Origin: a virus | Taxonomy: Duplodnaviria; Caudoviricetes | Length of the DNA stretch: 30,771 nucleotides | Direction: 5' to 3' (one strand) | IMG/VR virus record: IMGVR_UViG_3300049136_000127 | Span: 1-30,771 of that record | In this document: positions 15,796 to 25,500 of the stretch, piece by piece | Numbering within the stretch: the stretch's first letter is position 1 | Layout of the letters: each line of letters starts with the position of its first letter | Position numbers and translations under genes: made by a program | Notes under the pieces: generated by a model | Database searches by the model: none | Told to the model about the DNA's origin: nothing | The model's input: the letters and a program-made list of their open reading frames with translations, nothing else

Positions 15796-16128
15796 ATGAG
15801 CAAGCCCAACGGGAAGCGGTACCGGCTGGAGACCGTCAAGCGGTCGTACGTCGACGCTGTCGGCGGCGAGCGCGTCGACTTCGAGTTCGGCCCCGACGAG
15901 GCGCCGCAGGTGTTCAGCTTCCCGCACCCGGTCTTCGCGCCCGACGACATGCAGCAGCAGCTCAACGAGGCGAAGGGCGACGAAGCCGGCGCGCGCATCC
16001 TGCTCGGCGACCAGTACGACGACTTCGTCGCGTCCGGCGGTGACGTCACCGCTCTGATGCTGCTGTACGTCGGCATCCGGAATGAGGCGCAGGACAAGGT
16101 GAGCAAGGTGCGCCCTACGAAGGGGTAG
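15796..16128 (+). CDS. Tail assembly chaperone (gpG-like)
   Basis: 110 aa between major tail and tape measure; ends ...VRPTKG*. Confidence 0.85.
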   Translation: MSKPNGKRYRLETVKRSYVDAVGGERVDFEFGPDEAPQVFSFPHPVFAPDDMQQQLNEAKGDEAGARILLGDQYDDFVASGGDVTALMLLYVGIRNEAQDKVSKVRPTKG

Positions 16129-16583
16129 GGCCCGGCGACGACGTTGTCGAGACCTACACGTACACCGTTCTCGACGTCCTCGGTGAGCACCCCGAGGCGG
16201 TCGAGGCAGACCTCGCCCACCATTACCCCGGCTACGGCCGGGGCGGGCCGCTCGCCGCCTACTGGCGGGGCGAGATCACGCTGCGGCTGCTGCGCGTCCT
16301 GGTCGAGCACCTGCCTCCGGACGGGGCGACAGCCCGAGCGCACAACGGTCATGCGTGGCGGCAGATCGACTACGCGGCCGCTGACAGCCGCGACTTGCTG
16401 CATCTGCTGCTGACGGCGTTCGTCAACGCCAACCGGGACCCGAAGAAGAGCAGTTCGCTGCCGTGGCCTCAACCGTCGTGGCGACCGGGTGACCCCATGC
16501 CCGACGAAGCGAAGGCCGAGCAGGACAAGGCGCGCGCGAAAGCGGCGTACGAGCACATCCTCGCCCAGACCAAGGGGGAATGA
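16113..16583 (+). CDS. Tail assembly chaperone frameshift extension (gpT-like), reached by a -1 shift
   Basis: -1 frame open 16086-16583 with no start codon until TTG 16395; encodes AVEADLAHHY...LRVLVEHLPPDGATARA...W, typical of gpT parts. Confidence 0.8.
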   Translation, partial: PYEGVGPGDDVVETYTYTVLDVLGEHPEAVEADLAHHYPGYGRGGPLAAYWRGEITLRLLRVLVEHLPPDGATARAHNGHAWRQIDYAAADSRDLLHLLLTAFVNANRDPKKSSSLPWPQPSWRPGDPMPDEAKAEQDKARAKAAYEHILAQTKGE

Positions 16584-16586
16584 CGT

Positions 16587-19500
16587 ATGCCGGTCGAGGT
16601 CGGCGTCGGGTACGTGTCCGTCGTCCCCGAAGCAAGGGGCTTCGGCCGGCTGCTCAATCAGCAGATCAGCGGCGAGTCGGAACGGGTCGGAATCTCGGCC
16701 GGGCAGGAAGCCGGGCAGGGGTTCCTCGGCGGCATCGGCGGCAAGTTGAAGGCAGGCGTCGCCGGCGTCGCCGCCGGCGCCGGCGCCCTGTTCGCGATCG
16801 GGTTTGCCGAGGCAGTCGAACAGGACAAGAGCAACGCCCGGTTGGGCGCGCAGCTCGGGCTCACTGAGAAGGAGTCGGCTCGCGCGGGCAAGATCGCGGG
16901 CTCGGTCTACTCGAAGGGGTACGGCGAGTCGATCGATCAGGTCAACGACAGCTTGAAGGCGCTCGCGCAGAACGGCGTCGCGAGCATCAACGCCCCGAAG
17001 AAGGAGATCGCCGGGCTCAGCAAAGCGGCGCTGAACCTCGCCGAGACGTTCGACGCCGACGTCGGCGAGTCGGTGAAGGCGGCCGGGCAGCTCATCCGAA
17101 CGGGCATGGTCAAGGACGCGAAGGGCGCGTTCGATCTGATCACCCGCGGGTTCCAGACCGGCGCCGATAAGGCGGGCGATCTGCTTGACACCCTGAACGA
17201 GTACAGCACGCAGTTCCGCGACTTGGGATTGACCGGGTCGCAGGCGGTCGGGCTGCTCACGCAGGGACTCAAGGCCGGCGCGCGCGACTCGGACATCGTC
17301 GCCGACGCGCTCAAAGAGTTCGCGATCAGGGCGAAGGACGGCAGTGACACCACGAAGCAGGGGTTCGACGCGATCGGGTTGTCGGCCGACGCGATGGCGC
17401 AGACGTTCGCGAAGGGCGGGCCGGGCGCGGCGAAGGCGCTCGACATGACCCTCGACCGGCTGCGGGCGATCGAGGACCCGGCGAAGCGGTCGCAGACTGC
17501 AGTACTGCTCTTCGGTACCCAAGCCGAGGACTTGCAGCAAAGTTTGTTCGCTCTCGACCCGTCAAAGGCGGCCGGCGCGCTCGGCACGGTCGGCGGCGCG
17601 GCCGACAAGATGGGCAAGACCCTGCACAACACTGCCTCGAATCAGATCGAGGTGTTCAAGCGGCAGGCTTTGCAGGGACTCGCCAATTTCGCGAACAAGT
17701 ACGCGTTGCCCGCGCTCAAGTCGTTCGGCGGGTTCCTGAATCAGTACGTGCTACCGCCCGCGCAGCGGGTCGGCGGCGCCGTGGCCGACGTGCTCGTGCC
17801 CGCAGTCGAGGGCACCGGTGAAGCGTTCATGGGCGCCGTGCAGTGGGTCCGGGACTACGGGGCGTGGCTCATCCCGCTCGGTATCGCGATCGGCGGTATC
17901 GCCATCACGGCCGGGATCTCCACGATCGCCACATGGGGCATGACCGCGGCGTTCACGGTGTACCGCGGCATCATCCTCGCGACGACTGCTGTCACGCGCG
18001 GGTGGGCGGTCGCGCAGGGCGTGCTCAATGCGGTGATGAGCGCGAACCCGATCGGGCTCATCATCACGGGCGTGCTCGCGCTCGGCGCCGCCCTGGTCGT
18101 CGCGTACAACAAGAGCGCGACGTTCCGCGGCATCGTGCAGGCAACTTGGGCCGGAATCAAGGTCGGTTGGGATTACCTGTGGGGCGCGCTACAGGTCGGG
18201 TTCGGCTACTTCATGACCGGGCTGCGGGCGATCGGCTCGGCGGCGTCGTGGCTGTGGTCGACCGTGCTGAAGCCGACGTTCTCGGCGATCGGTACCGGTG
18301 CAAAGGTGCTGTTCGCGGTCGTCGCGGTCGTGCTGATCACTCCGCTCGTGCTGGCCTTCAAGGCACTTGCTGCGGTCGGTTCGTGGCTGTGGACGAACGC
18401 GCTCGGTCCGGCGTTCCGGGCGATCGGCGCGGGCGCGTCGTGGCTGTGGTCGAAAGCGATCAAACCGGCGTGGGACGGCATCGTTGCCGGGACGTCGTTC
18501 CTGTGGTCTGGAGTAGAGGCCATCTTCGGTTGGTTCAAGGCCGGTATCCGTGCGCTCGGCGCTGTGGGAACGTGGCTGTACCGCACCGCGATCAAACCGG
18601 CCTGGGACGGCATCGTTGCCGCGTCGACGTTCCTGTGGTCCGGTGTGCAAGCCATCTTCGGGTACTTCAAGGCCGGAATCAGCGCCCTCGGCGCGGCCGG
18701 GTCGTGGCTGTACCGCAACGCGCTGAAGCCCGCGTTCGACGGGATCTCGTCGGCGGCGGGGTGGCTGTGGGACAAGGGCTTGAAGCCCGTGTTTGACGCC
18801 GGTAAGCGGGGCGTCGCACTGTTCGGTGGAGCGTTCGAGACGGCGCAGAAGGCCATCGGCAGGGCGTTCGACAAGGTGCGGGACGCCACGCGGAAGCCCG
18901 TCGCGTTCGTGGTGAACACGGTCTACACGAACGGGATCAAAAAGGTCTGGGACAAGGTGGCCGGGTTCGTCGGGCTCGACCCGCTGCCGGCCGCCAAGTT
19001 CGCGCGCGGCGGCCGCACCCGCGGCGGCACGCCGGGCAAGGACAGCATCCCCGCGTTGATGATGGCCGACGAGTTCGTCGTGAAGCGCGACAGTGCCCGC
19101 AAGGTCGGGTTCGGCACGTTGAACTACATCAACCAGTACGGCGAGTTGCCGGTGCAGCGGTTCGCCGACGGCGGCATCGTGAGCGACGTCGCGGGGTGGT
19201 TCGGCGACAAGGCACGGAAGATCGGCGGCGCCGTGATGGACGGCGTCGACTTTCTGTCGGACCCCGGCAAACTGTGGGACAAGGCGACCGGGTTCATCCG
19301 CGACAAGATCGCGCAGATCGGGACGAGCAAGGTCGCTCAGATGGTCGGGAAGGTCCCGATCAAGATGTTGTCGAGCCTGAAAGACAAGGTCGTCAAGGCT
19401 GCGGCGTCGTTCGTCGGGGTCGGCGGCGGGGGCGGCGGTTCGTGGGCGCGGCCGGTCAAGGCAGCTCTCGGGACCCGGTACGGCGTTGCTGGCCGCATGT

Positions 19501-20153
19501 GGTCGTCCGGGTACCACACCGGAAGCGACTTCCCTGCGCCGACCGGTACCCCGGTGGGGGCGGTCGCGATGGGCAGGGTCGCCTCGGCGGCGTCGGGTGG
19601 CCCGTACGGCAACCACATCACGATCAGTCATGGCGGCGGGCTGTCGTCGATGTACGCGCACCTGTCGGCGATGATGGTCGGCGCCGGGCAGTTGGTGAGG
19701 CGCGGTCAGCGGATCGGGTCGGTCGGGTCGACCGGCAACAGCTCGGGCCCGCACCTGCACCTTGAGGCACGCCGCGGCGGGCGAACCGTCAACCCCGAGC
19801 CGTTCCTCGGCTACGCCAACGGCGGCCGGCCTCGCCCTGGCGAAGTCGCGTGGGTCGGCGAACGGGGCCCCGAGCTGCTGCAGTTCGGCGGTGGTCAGAC
19901 CGTCATCGACCATAAGTCGTCGGTTGCAGCAGTCGGCGCCGCGATGGTTCGGGACATGGCCCGGAGTCTGCCGCAGCCGGTACCCGCTGCTGCGGCGGTG
20001 CGGGCGGCGCTCCCGACCGGAGGCAGGCAGCCGGCGGTCGGGTCGGGCGACACCTACAACATCTATCCGCGCACGCTCGACATGACCGTGCGCGACCTGG
20101 AGCTGCTGCAGCGGCGACAGGATGCGCTCGCTCGGGTGGGGAGGCCGCATTAG
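16587..20153 (+). CDS. Tape measure protein with a C-terminal M23 peptidase domain
   Basis: 1188 aa, Ala/Gly-rich, Trp-periodic repeats; HTGSDF, YAHLS and GPHLHLE M23 motifs. Confidence 0.95.
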   Translation: MPVEVGVGYVSVVPEARGFGRLLNQQISGESERVGISAGQEAGQGFLGGIGGKLKAGVAGVAAGAGALFAIGFAEAVEQDKSNARLGAQLGLTEKESARAGKIAGSVYSKGYGESIDQVNDSLKALAQNGVASINAPKKEIAGLSKAALNLAETFDADVGESVKAAGQLIRTGMVKDAKGAFDLITRGFQTGADKAGDLLDTLNEYSTQFRDLGLTGSQAVGLLTQGLKAGARDSDIVADALKEFAIRAKDGSDTTKQGFDAIGLSADAMAQTFAKGGPGAAKALDMTLDRLRAIEDPAKRSQTAVLLFGTQAEDLQQSLFALDPSKAAGALGTVGGAADKMGKTLHNTASNQIEVFKRQALQGLANFANKYALPALKSFGGFLNQYVLPPAQRVGGAVADVLVPAVEGTGEAFMGAVQWVRDYGAWLIPLGIAIGGIAITAGISTIATWGMTAAFTVYRGIILATTAVTRGWAVAQGVLNAVMSANPIGLIITGVLALGAALVVAYNKSATFRGIVQATWAGIKVGWDYLWGALQVGFGYFMTGLRAIGSAASWLWSTVLKPTFSAIGTGAKVLFAVVAVVLITPLVLAFKALAAVGSWLWTNALGPAFRAIGAGASWLWSKAIKPAWDGIVAGTSFLWSGVEAIFGWFKAGIRALGAVGTWLYRTAIKPAWDGIVAASTFLWSGVQAIFGYFKAGISALGAAGSWLYRNALKPAFDGISSAAGWLWDKGLKPVFDAGKRGVALFGGAFETAQKAIGRAFDKVRDATRKPVAFVVNTVYTNGIKKVWDKVAGFVGLDPLPAAKFARGGRTRGGTPGKDSIPALMMADEFVVKRDSARKVGFGTLNYINQYGELPVQRFADGGIVSDVAGWFGDKARKIGGAVMDGVDFLSDPGKLWDKATGFIRDKIAQIGTSKVAQMVGKVPIKMLSSLKDKVVKAAASFVGVGGGGGGSWARPVKAALGTRYGVAGRMWSSGYHTGSDFPAPTGTPVGAVAMGRVASAASGGPYGNHITISHGGGLSSMYAHLSAMMVGAGQLVRRGQRIGSVGSTGNSSGPHLHLEARRGGRTVNPEPFLGYANGGRPRPGEVAWVGERGPELLQFGGGQTVIDHKSSVAAVGAAMVRDMARSLPQPVPAAAAVRAALPTGGRQPAVGSGDTYNIYPRTLDMTVRDLELLQRRQDALARVGRPH
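18456..18710 (+). repeat. 132-bp (44-codon) tandem duplication inside the tape measure gene
   Basis: GCGATCAAACCGGC(G/C)TGGGACGGCATCGTTGCCG starts at 18456 and 18588. Confidence 0.8.
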
Positions 20154-21140
20154 ATGCCGCTGATCACCGCACCGGTAGTCACCCCGCCCGACACGGGCGG
20201 GGGCGGCTCTACACCGGTCCCCCTACCCGAGATCGGCTACGCGACCGCCACGTACACCGACCCGACCGGCACGGTATGGCCACTCACCGACGAGTCGGCC
20301 GGATGGTTCACGCTCGCCGACGGCGTGTCCGGGCTCGGCGCGACGCCGTACGAGTTGACCACCGACGAGCACCCAAGGGGCGGCGCGCGACTGCGGCACG
20401 CGCAGCCGCAGCCGAGGGCGATCGTGTGGCCGCTGTACGTCTACGGCGACACGCACGTCGAGTTCGTCGGCCGGTGGCGGGCGCTCGCAACGGCGTTCAC
20501 GCGCACCCTGCGCGAGGGGCCCGACGGTCGACGCACGCCCGGTTGGCTGGAGATCTCCCGGCCGGACGGAACCCGGCGCCGCATCGCGGTGTACTACCGC
20601 GAGGGGTTCGAGGGGCGCGGGTCGCGGGGATCGGGGATCGTCTCGGACGCCGCAGCGATCACGCTGTGGTGCGAAGACCCGTACTGGCTCGATCCCGTCG
20701 AGATCGCCGTGCACCGGGAAACGGGCGCCTTGAGTTCGTTCTTCACCCCGTACCCGACGATCTCGTCGTCGCAGGTGCTCGGCGAGACCGAGGTGAGCAA
20801 TCCCGGCGACGTCGTCGTGTGGCCGCAGTGGACCGTCACCGGTCCGGCGTCGCTGATCACGTTCACGCATCAGGGCACGGGCGAGTCGTTCTCGCTGAAC
20901 CCGTCGGCGGCCGCCGTCGGACACGGCGCGCTGCTCGCCGGGCAGCGGGTCACGATCACGACCGACCCGCCGTCGGTCCGCTATCAGGACGGCGCGAACT
21001 GGGTCGGCGGGCTCAACTGGCCGAGCGCCGTTCTGTGGGGACTCGCGCCTGGTGAGAACCCGGTGACGTTCCAACTGGACGGGTCCGGCCCCGGCAGCGC
21101 CGTCGATCTGCGGTTCAACCCGCGCTATGAGACAGCCTGA
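20154..21140 (+). CDS. Distal tail (Dit-like) minor tail protein
   Basis: First gene after TMP; LWCEDPYW, NPGDVVVWPQWTVTGP, LWGLAPGEN. Confidence 0.85.
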   Translation: MPLITAPVVTPPDTGGGGSTPVPLPEIGYATATYTDPTGTVWPLTDESAGWFTLADGVSGLGATPYELTTDEHPRGGARLRHAQPQPRAIVWPLYVYGDTHVEFVGRWRALATAFTRTLREGPDGRRTPGWLEISRPDGTRRRIAVYYREGFEGRGSRGSGIVSDAAAITLWCEDPYWLDPVEIAVHRETGALSSFFTPYPTISSSQVLGETEVSNPGDVVVWPQWTVTGPASLITFTHQGTGESFSLNPSAAAVGHGALLAGQRVTITTDPPSVRYQDGANWVGGLNWPSAVLWGLAPGENPVTFQLDGSGPGSAVDLRFNPRYETA

Positions 21141-21160
21141 ACGAAGGGGGCGGCGGGCGG

Positions 21161-22321
21161 GTGTCCGTGCAACTGCTCATCACCGACAAGAACCTCGCCG
21201 TGCAGGGCGACCCGCTCGACGGGTGGACGAACCTCGACGCGACAAAGAGGTTCAACGAGCCCGGCTCGGGCAGCGTCGACCTGCCGGCCCGGCCGGACAT
21301 CATGGCGCAACTGCAGCCTGGGAACCGGCTCGTGGTCATCCGTGACCGCGCGGTGTGGATGGCCGGCCCGCTGGAGATCCCCGCCGACTTCTCGTGGTCG
21401 GTCACCGAGTCGCCGGGGCACGGACGGGTCACCGTCAGTTTCTCCGACGATCTCGCGATCGTGGCCGGCTACATCACGTGGCCGACACCCGCGAACGCAT
21501 GGACGGCGCAGCTCGCGAACACGTGGAGGAAGATCACGAACACGAACGCCGAGACGATCATTCGCGCCCTGGTCAACGAGAACTGCGGTCCGGGCGCCCG
21601 CGCCGAGCGGCGCATCCCGAACTTCGCGCTCGACGCGATCGCCGGGGCGGGCACCTCGACGAGCGTGCGCACGCGGTTCGAGGCGCTGCTCGACACCTGC
21701 AGGCGCGTCGCTGTCGACGGCGGCGAGATCGGGTTCCGCACGCGGCAGACGTCGACACAGATCTTGTTCGGCTGCTATCAGCCGCGCGATCTGACGGCGA
21801 CTGCGCGGTTCAGTATCGGTCTGGGCAACCTGCGCTCGATCCAAGTGAAGCAGTCCGCGCCGGACGTCACGCACGCGCTGATCGGCGGTACTGAACCGGA
21901 GACCGGCACGACGGGGCGCACCTACGTACAGGCCGCCGACACTGCGGCGGCCGCCACGTGGTGGCGCGTCGAGCGGTACGTCGACGGCTCCGCGGAGAAC
22001 GACACGAACGGGGAACTCACGCAGGCCGGTAAGGAAGAGATCGCGGGCGGCGCTGCCCCGGTCGAACTCGCCACGGTCACGGTTGACACCGAGGATCTCA
22101 AGGCCGGCAGAGACTTCGATCTCGGCGACAGGGTCACCGTCGCCCTTCCGTACGGCGTCGAGATCGCGAACCTTGTGCGCTCGATCCACCTGCAGGCGAC
22201 CCCGAGTTCGGGCGAGTACGTCACGACGCTGATCGGCTCGCCCGAGGCCACGACCGACCCCGCGACAGTCAAGGCACTGCGCACCCTCGGCCGCCGCCTC
22301 GGCCGCCTCGAAACCCGATAG
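21161..22321 (+). CDS. Baseplate hub / Tal-like minor tail protein (ReqiPepy6 Gp37-like)
   Basis: Second gene after TMP; RFNEPGSG, GRDFDLGDRVTV, C-terminal RRLGRLETR. Confidence 0.8.
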   Translation: MSVQLLITDKNLAVQGDPLDGWTNLDATKRFNEPGSGSVDLPARPDIMAQLQPGNRLVVIRDRAVWMAGPLEIPADFSWSVTESPGHGRVTVSFSDDLAIVAGYITWPTPANAWTAQLANTWRKITNTNAETIIRALVNENCGPGARAERRIPNFALDAIAGAGTSTSVRTRFEALLDTCRRVAVDGGEIGFRTRQTSTQILFGCYQPRDLTATARFSIGLGNLRSIQVKQSAPDVTHALIGGTEPETGTTGRTYVQAADTAAAATWWRVERYVDGSAENDTNGELTQAGKEEIAGGAAPVELATVTVDTEDLKAGRDFDLGDRVTVALPYGVEIANLVRSIHLQATPSSGEYVTTLIGSPEATTDPATVKALRTLGRRLGRLETR

Positions 22322-22338
22322 CAAAGGAGGGGCCCCGA

Positions 22339-23274
22339 GTGGCTCAAGACTCGTGGCCGAGCCCGGCTCGCAATGAACGGGCAGTCACCGATATCGAGTA
22401 CGAGAAGATCGCCCAGCGGTTCTCCGACGACGGCGTCTACGGCGAACCATCCGACTTCGCGGTGGTGTCGGCCGGGACGGGCCTGTCGGTGAACGTTCGC
22501 GCGGACGTGTACGCGTCTGTACGCGGGCACGCCTGGTACTCCGGGTCGACGACCGACAGCCTGCCCATCGCGGCCAACAGCTCCGGGTCGACCCGTATCG
22601 ACTGGGTGGTGCTGCGCCTCGACCGCTCCACCTGGACGGTGCGCGCCGTGGTGCGGCAGGGTACGCCCGGTGCAGGCGCCCCGGCCATGGTGCGCGACGA
22701 GGGCAGCACTGGTGTCTACGAGGTCCCGCTCGCCCGCGTGACGGTGCCAGCCGGTGCCACCTCAGTGACCGTGGCCCGGGCCGAGCTCTACGTCGGATCG
22801 CGGCTGCGTCCCTGCCGATCGACGAGCAGGCCCACCGCGCCCCGCCTCGGTGACGTCGCGTTCGAGATCGACACGGGCCGCCTGATCTTGTGGACGGGCG
22901 CGTCGTGGACTGTGATCTCCTCGGACTCCGGCGTGGTGATGGTGAACAGCTCCGTCTCCGCTTGGAGCGTGGAAACGGACTCCGTCCTCCGGGAGCGCAA
23001 CGGCAACGTGCACCTGCGGCTCGGCTCGTTCAAACGGACGGCGGGCACACTCAGCGGGACGTCTGCGTCCCGTCTGCCGGCGCTCATCCCCTCGCAGTAC
23101 CGGGACCCGACGCGTGATCACTACGTCATCGGCTACGTGACCGGAGTGGAGATCGCCCGCATCACGGTCTACTCAGCGGCGAGCGACCGGCCCGGGCAGG
23201 TCTGGCTCACGCAGCACCCCGGCATCTCCACGAACGATGCCGTACTGACCAGCGACGCAAGTTGGGTGGTGTGA
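22339..23274 (+). CDS. Minor tail protein
   Basis: MAQDSWP...RIDWVVLRLD...YEVPLARVTV pattern of actinophage tail-tip proteins. Confidence 0.75.
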   Translation: MAQDSWPSPARNERAVTDIEYEKIAQRFSDDGVYGEPSDFAVVSAGTGLSVNVRADVYASVRGHAWYSGSTTDSLPIAANSSGSTRIDWVVLRLDRSTWTVRAVVRQGTPGAGAPAMVRDEGSTGVYEVPLARVTVPAGATSVTVARAELYVGSRLRPCRSTSRPTAPRLGDVAFEIDTGRLILWTGASWTVISSDSGVVMVNSSVSAWSVETDSVLRERNGNVHLRLGSFKRTAGTLSGTSASRLPALIPSQYRDPTRDHYVIGYVTGVEIARITVYSAASDRPGQVWLTQHPGISTNDAVLTSDASWVV

Positions 23275-23275
23275 C

Positions 23276-23881
23276 ATGGCACGGTCGACGTATGGCGCGA
23301 CCCTCGCCGACTATGTGGTGCAGCCCTCGGACGGGCTGTGGGCCGTGGCTCCGAACACAGTGATCACGTTCTGGGACGCGTGGGACGGCGGCGCGCAGTA
23401 CACCGATCTCCTCGATGCGGACAGCGTCCCGATCACCGAGGTCGTCGCCGACACCCAGGGGTTCATTCCCTTGTTCTTCGGCCCTGACCGGGTGACGGGC
23501 ATGTGGGCCGACGCGGGCGGCGGCTCACGCGCATGGATGCAGGCCCACACCAGCAGCGCCGGTGCAGCAACGAAGGGCCTCGTCATCGCGGCACCGGCCG
23601 GTGCTGTCTCCTACGTCATTTGGCGTGCGCCGCGCGCGTGCACGGTCACGGCCGTGCACGGCTACCGGCAGGGCGGCACCGGCGCCACCATCAACGCCAC
23701 GAAGAACGGCGTCGACCTCGCGGCAACCGACCTGTCGCTGTCCACGGACGCCACGTGGATGACGGCCCCGGCGCTGCAGAACACGGCCGTGGAGACGGGA
23801 GACACGCTGGCCGTCACCGTCCGCTCGACCACCGGGGCACCGACCGCGGTCACCATCCAGATCGACGTGGAGGGAGCCTGA
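23276..23881 (+). CDS. Minor tail / fibre adaptor protein
   Basis: TFWDA..GG.QYTDLLD...G.IP.F.GPD.V..MWADAG N-terminal module plus a small beta-rich C-terminal domain. Confidence 0.7.
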   Translation: MARSTYGATLADYVVQPSDGLWAVAPNTVITFWDAWDGGAQYTDLLDADSVPITEVVADTQGFIPLFFGPDRVTGMWADAGGGSRAWMQAHTSSAGAATKGLVIAAPAGAVSYVIWRAPRACTVTAVHGYRQGGTGATINATKNGVDLAATDLSLSTDATWMTAPALQNTAVETGDTLAVTVRSTTGAPTAVTIQIDVEGA

Positions 23882-25431
23882 TGGGGCCGCTGATGATCCT
23901 CGATGACCAACTGCCGATGAAGCCTGGCCCCACGAGCCTGGCGCTGGAGTCGGTGGCGGGGCCGCCCGAGTTGCTGCGCGTATCCGACGAGCAGGGTCTG
24001 CTGGCGACGCTGACCGTCGGCGCGAAGACGGTGACGATGAGAGGGCAGACGCGGACGTTCACGGAGCAGAAGCGGCCGTTCGTCGACAGCTTCGACCGGA
24101 CCACCAGCAGCGGGTGGGGTCCATCACCTGGGGGCGGGACCTGGTCCAACAGCAACGGCACCGACGCCGACTACAGCGTGTCCGGCGGCTACGGGCTGAT
24201 CACCATGACCGCGGCCAACGCGTCCCGGCACACGTCGGTACAGGACGACATCACCGACCTCGACGCGCGCCTGTCGTGGTCCCTGGACGTCATGCCCACT
24301 GGCAACGCGTCCTCCCTCGCACTGTCCTTCGCCTACACCAGCTCGACCAGCCAGTACCGGGCCCGCTTGTCCGTCCTGACTACTGGCGTCGTCCAGCTCA
24401 CCCTCGAACTCCAGACGTCCGCGGGGACGACGACCCTCGGCGCCGCTACACAGGTCGGCACCGGGTACGTGGTCGGCGACGTCTGGCACATCCGCGCCCA
24501 GCGCGCCGGCACAACCATCCGCTGTCGCGCATGGAAAGACGGCACGCCCGAGCCGGCCACGTGGACCCATGAAGTTGCCGACGGTGCCCTCGGCGCGGGC
24601 CGTATCGGCGTCCGCGGCATCGCGGCGACGGGAAGCACGGCGATCCCGTTCACGTTCCGCGTACACGACATTGAGCTGTACTCCGGCACATGGCCCGACC
24701 CGCCCGTCATTACACACAACACGTGGGTGCGTCTCCTGAACGCTCCTTTCGACGGCGTCTGGACGCCCGAGATCGCCGACCAGATCCGCGCCTGGGCGAC
24801 CGACGACACCCCCGATGCCCTCGCCTACGCGATGATGTATGTCACCGGGGCGCCGCCGGTCACGAGTCCTGCTCTGGGCGGCGCTCAGATCGCCGGTCAG
24901 TCCAGCTACGGCCCGAACGATGTGGACGGCACCCGCATGGAGGGCGCCGACTTCCACGAGTACATGGGGCTGCCGTGGGCGTTCGTCAACGGCGAGACCG
25001 CCCCTGTTGCGGACCCGAAGTGGCAGCGGTGCCTGGACTGCAGCGGATTCGTGCGGATGGTCTACGGCTACAACATGGGAATCCCCATGGTCAGGAACAC
25101 CGGCTTCGATGGCATCAACCTCCCGCGCCGGACACGGGATATCGGTCCCACCGGTCCCGGCGTGATCGTCGCCCAAGGTGTCGGCAGTCCGCCGCCGCTC
25201 ACCGCCATGCAGATCGGTGACGTGCCCCACTTCGATGCCACCACCGAAGCCACCGTCGGCGAGGTCGACCACAACGGCATCTACCTCGGCGTCGACAGCC
25301 AGGGGCACCCGCGTTTCATCAACAGCAGGAAAACCCCGAACGGGCCGACCATCAGCGACCTCGGCGGTTCTTCCGCGCTCGACGGCACCGGCCTCTACGC
25401 CACCAGCCTGCGCATCATCAGGCGGTTCTGA
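23881..25431 (+). CDS. Tail-module protein with a beta-sandwich (lectin-like) region and a C-terminal NlpC/P60 peptidase
   Basis: ATG 23881 (TGATG overlap, SD GGAGGGAG); LDCSGFVRMVYG, LPR, GD..HF and DHNGIYLG NlpC/P60 motifs. Confidence 0.8.
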   Translation: MGPLMILDDQLPMKPGPTSLALESVAGPPELLRVSDEQGLLATLTVGAKTVTMRGQTRTFTEQKRPFVDSFDRTTSSGWGPSPGGGTWSNSNGTDADYSVSGGYGLITMTAANASRHTSVQDDITDLDARLSWSLDVMPTGNASSLALSFAYTSSTSQYRARLSVLTTGVVQLTLELQTSAGTTTLGAATQVGTGYVVGDVWHIRAQRAGTTIRCRAWKDGTPEPATWTHEVADGALGAGRIGVRGIAATGSTAIPFTFRVHDIELYSGTWPDPPVITHNTWVRLLNAPFDGVWTPEIADQIRAWATDDTPDALAYAMMYVTGAPPVTSPALGGAQIAGQSSYGPNDVDGTRMEGADFHEYMGLPWAFVNGETAPVADPKWQRCLDCSGFVRMVYGYNMGIPMVRNTGFDGINLPRRTRDIGPTGPGVIVAQGVGSPPPLTAMQIGDVPHFDATTEATVGEVDHNGIYLGVDSQGHPRFINSRKTPNGPTISDLGGSSALDGTGLYATSLRIIRRF

Positions 25432-25447
25432 CCTACCTCTCGTTCAC

Positions 25448-25476
25448 GCCCCGCGCCGCCGGCCGGGGCCTTTTTC
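25448..25476 (+). terminator. Rho-independent terminator after the tail module
   Basis: GCCCCG...CGGGGC stem followed by CTTTTTC. Confidence 0.6.
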
Positions 25477-25500
25477 ATGCCCACCGAAAGGGACTCACCC

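Noticed and set aside
16574-16589. L5-type slippery G-GGG-GAA at the end of the gpT-like ORF, and in-frame TGA-CGT-ATG read-through into TMP
   Set aside because: More simply the SD for the tape measure ATG; the -1 frame leads only to a junk shadow ORF; no evidence for read-through
22339-25431. Diversity-generating retroelement or invertible tail cassette
   Set aside because: No reverse transcriptase, invertase or template/variable repeat pair seen in the window
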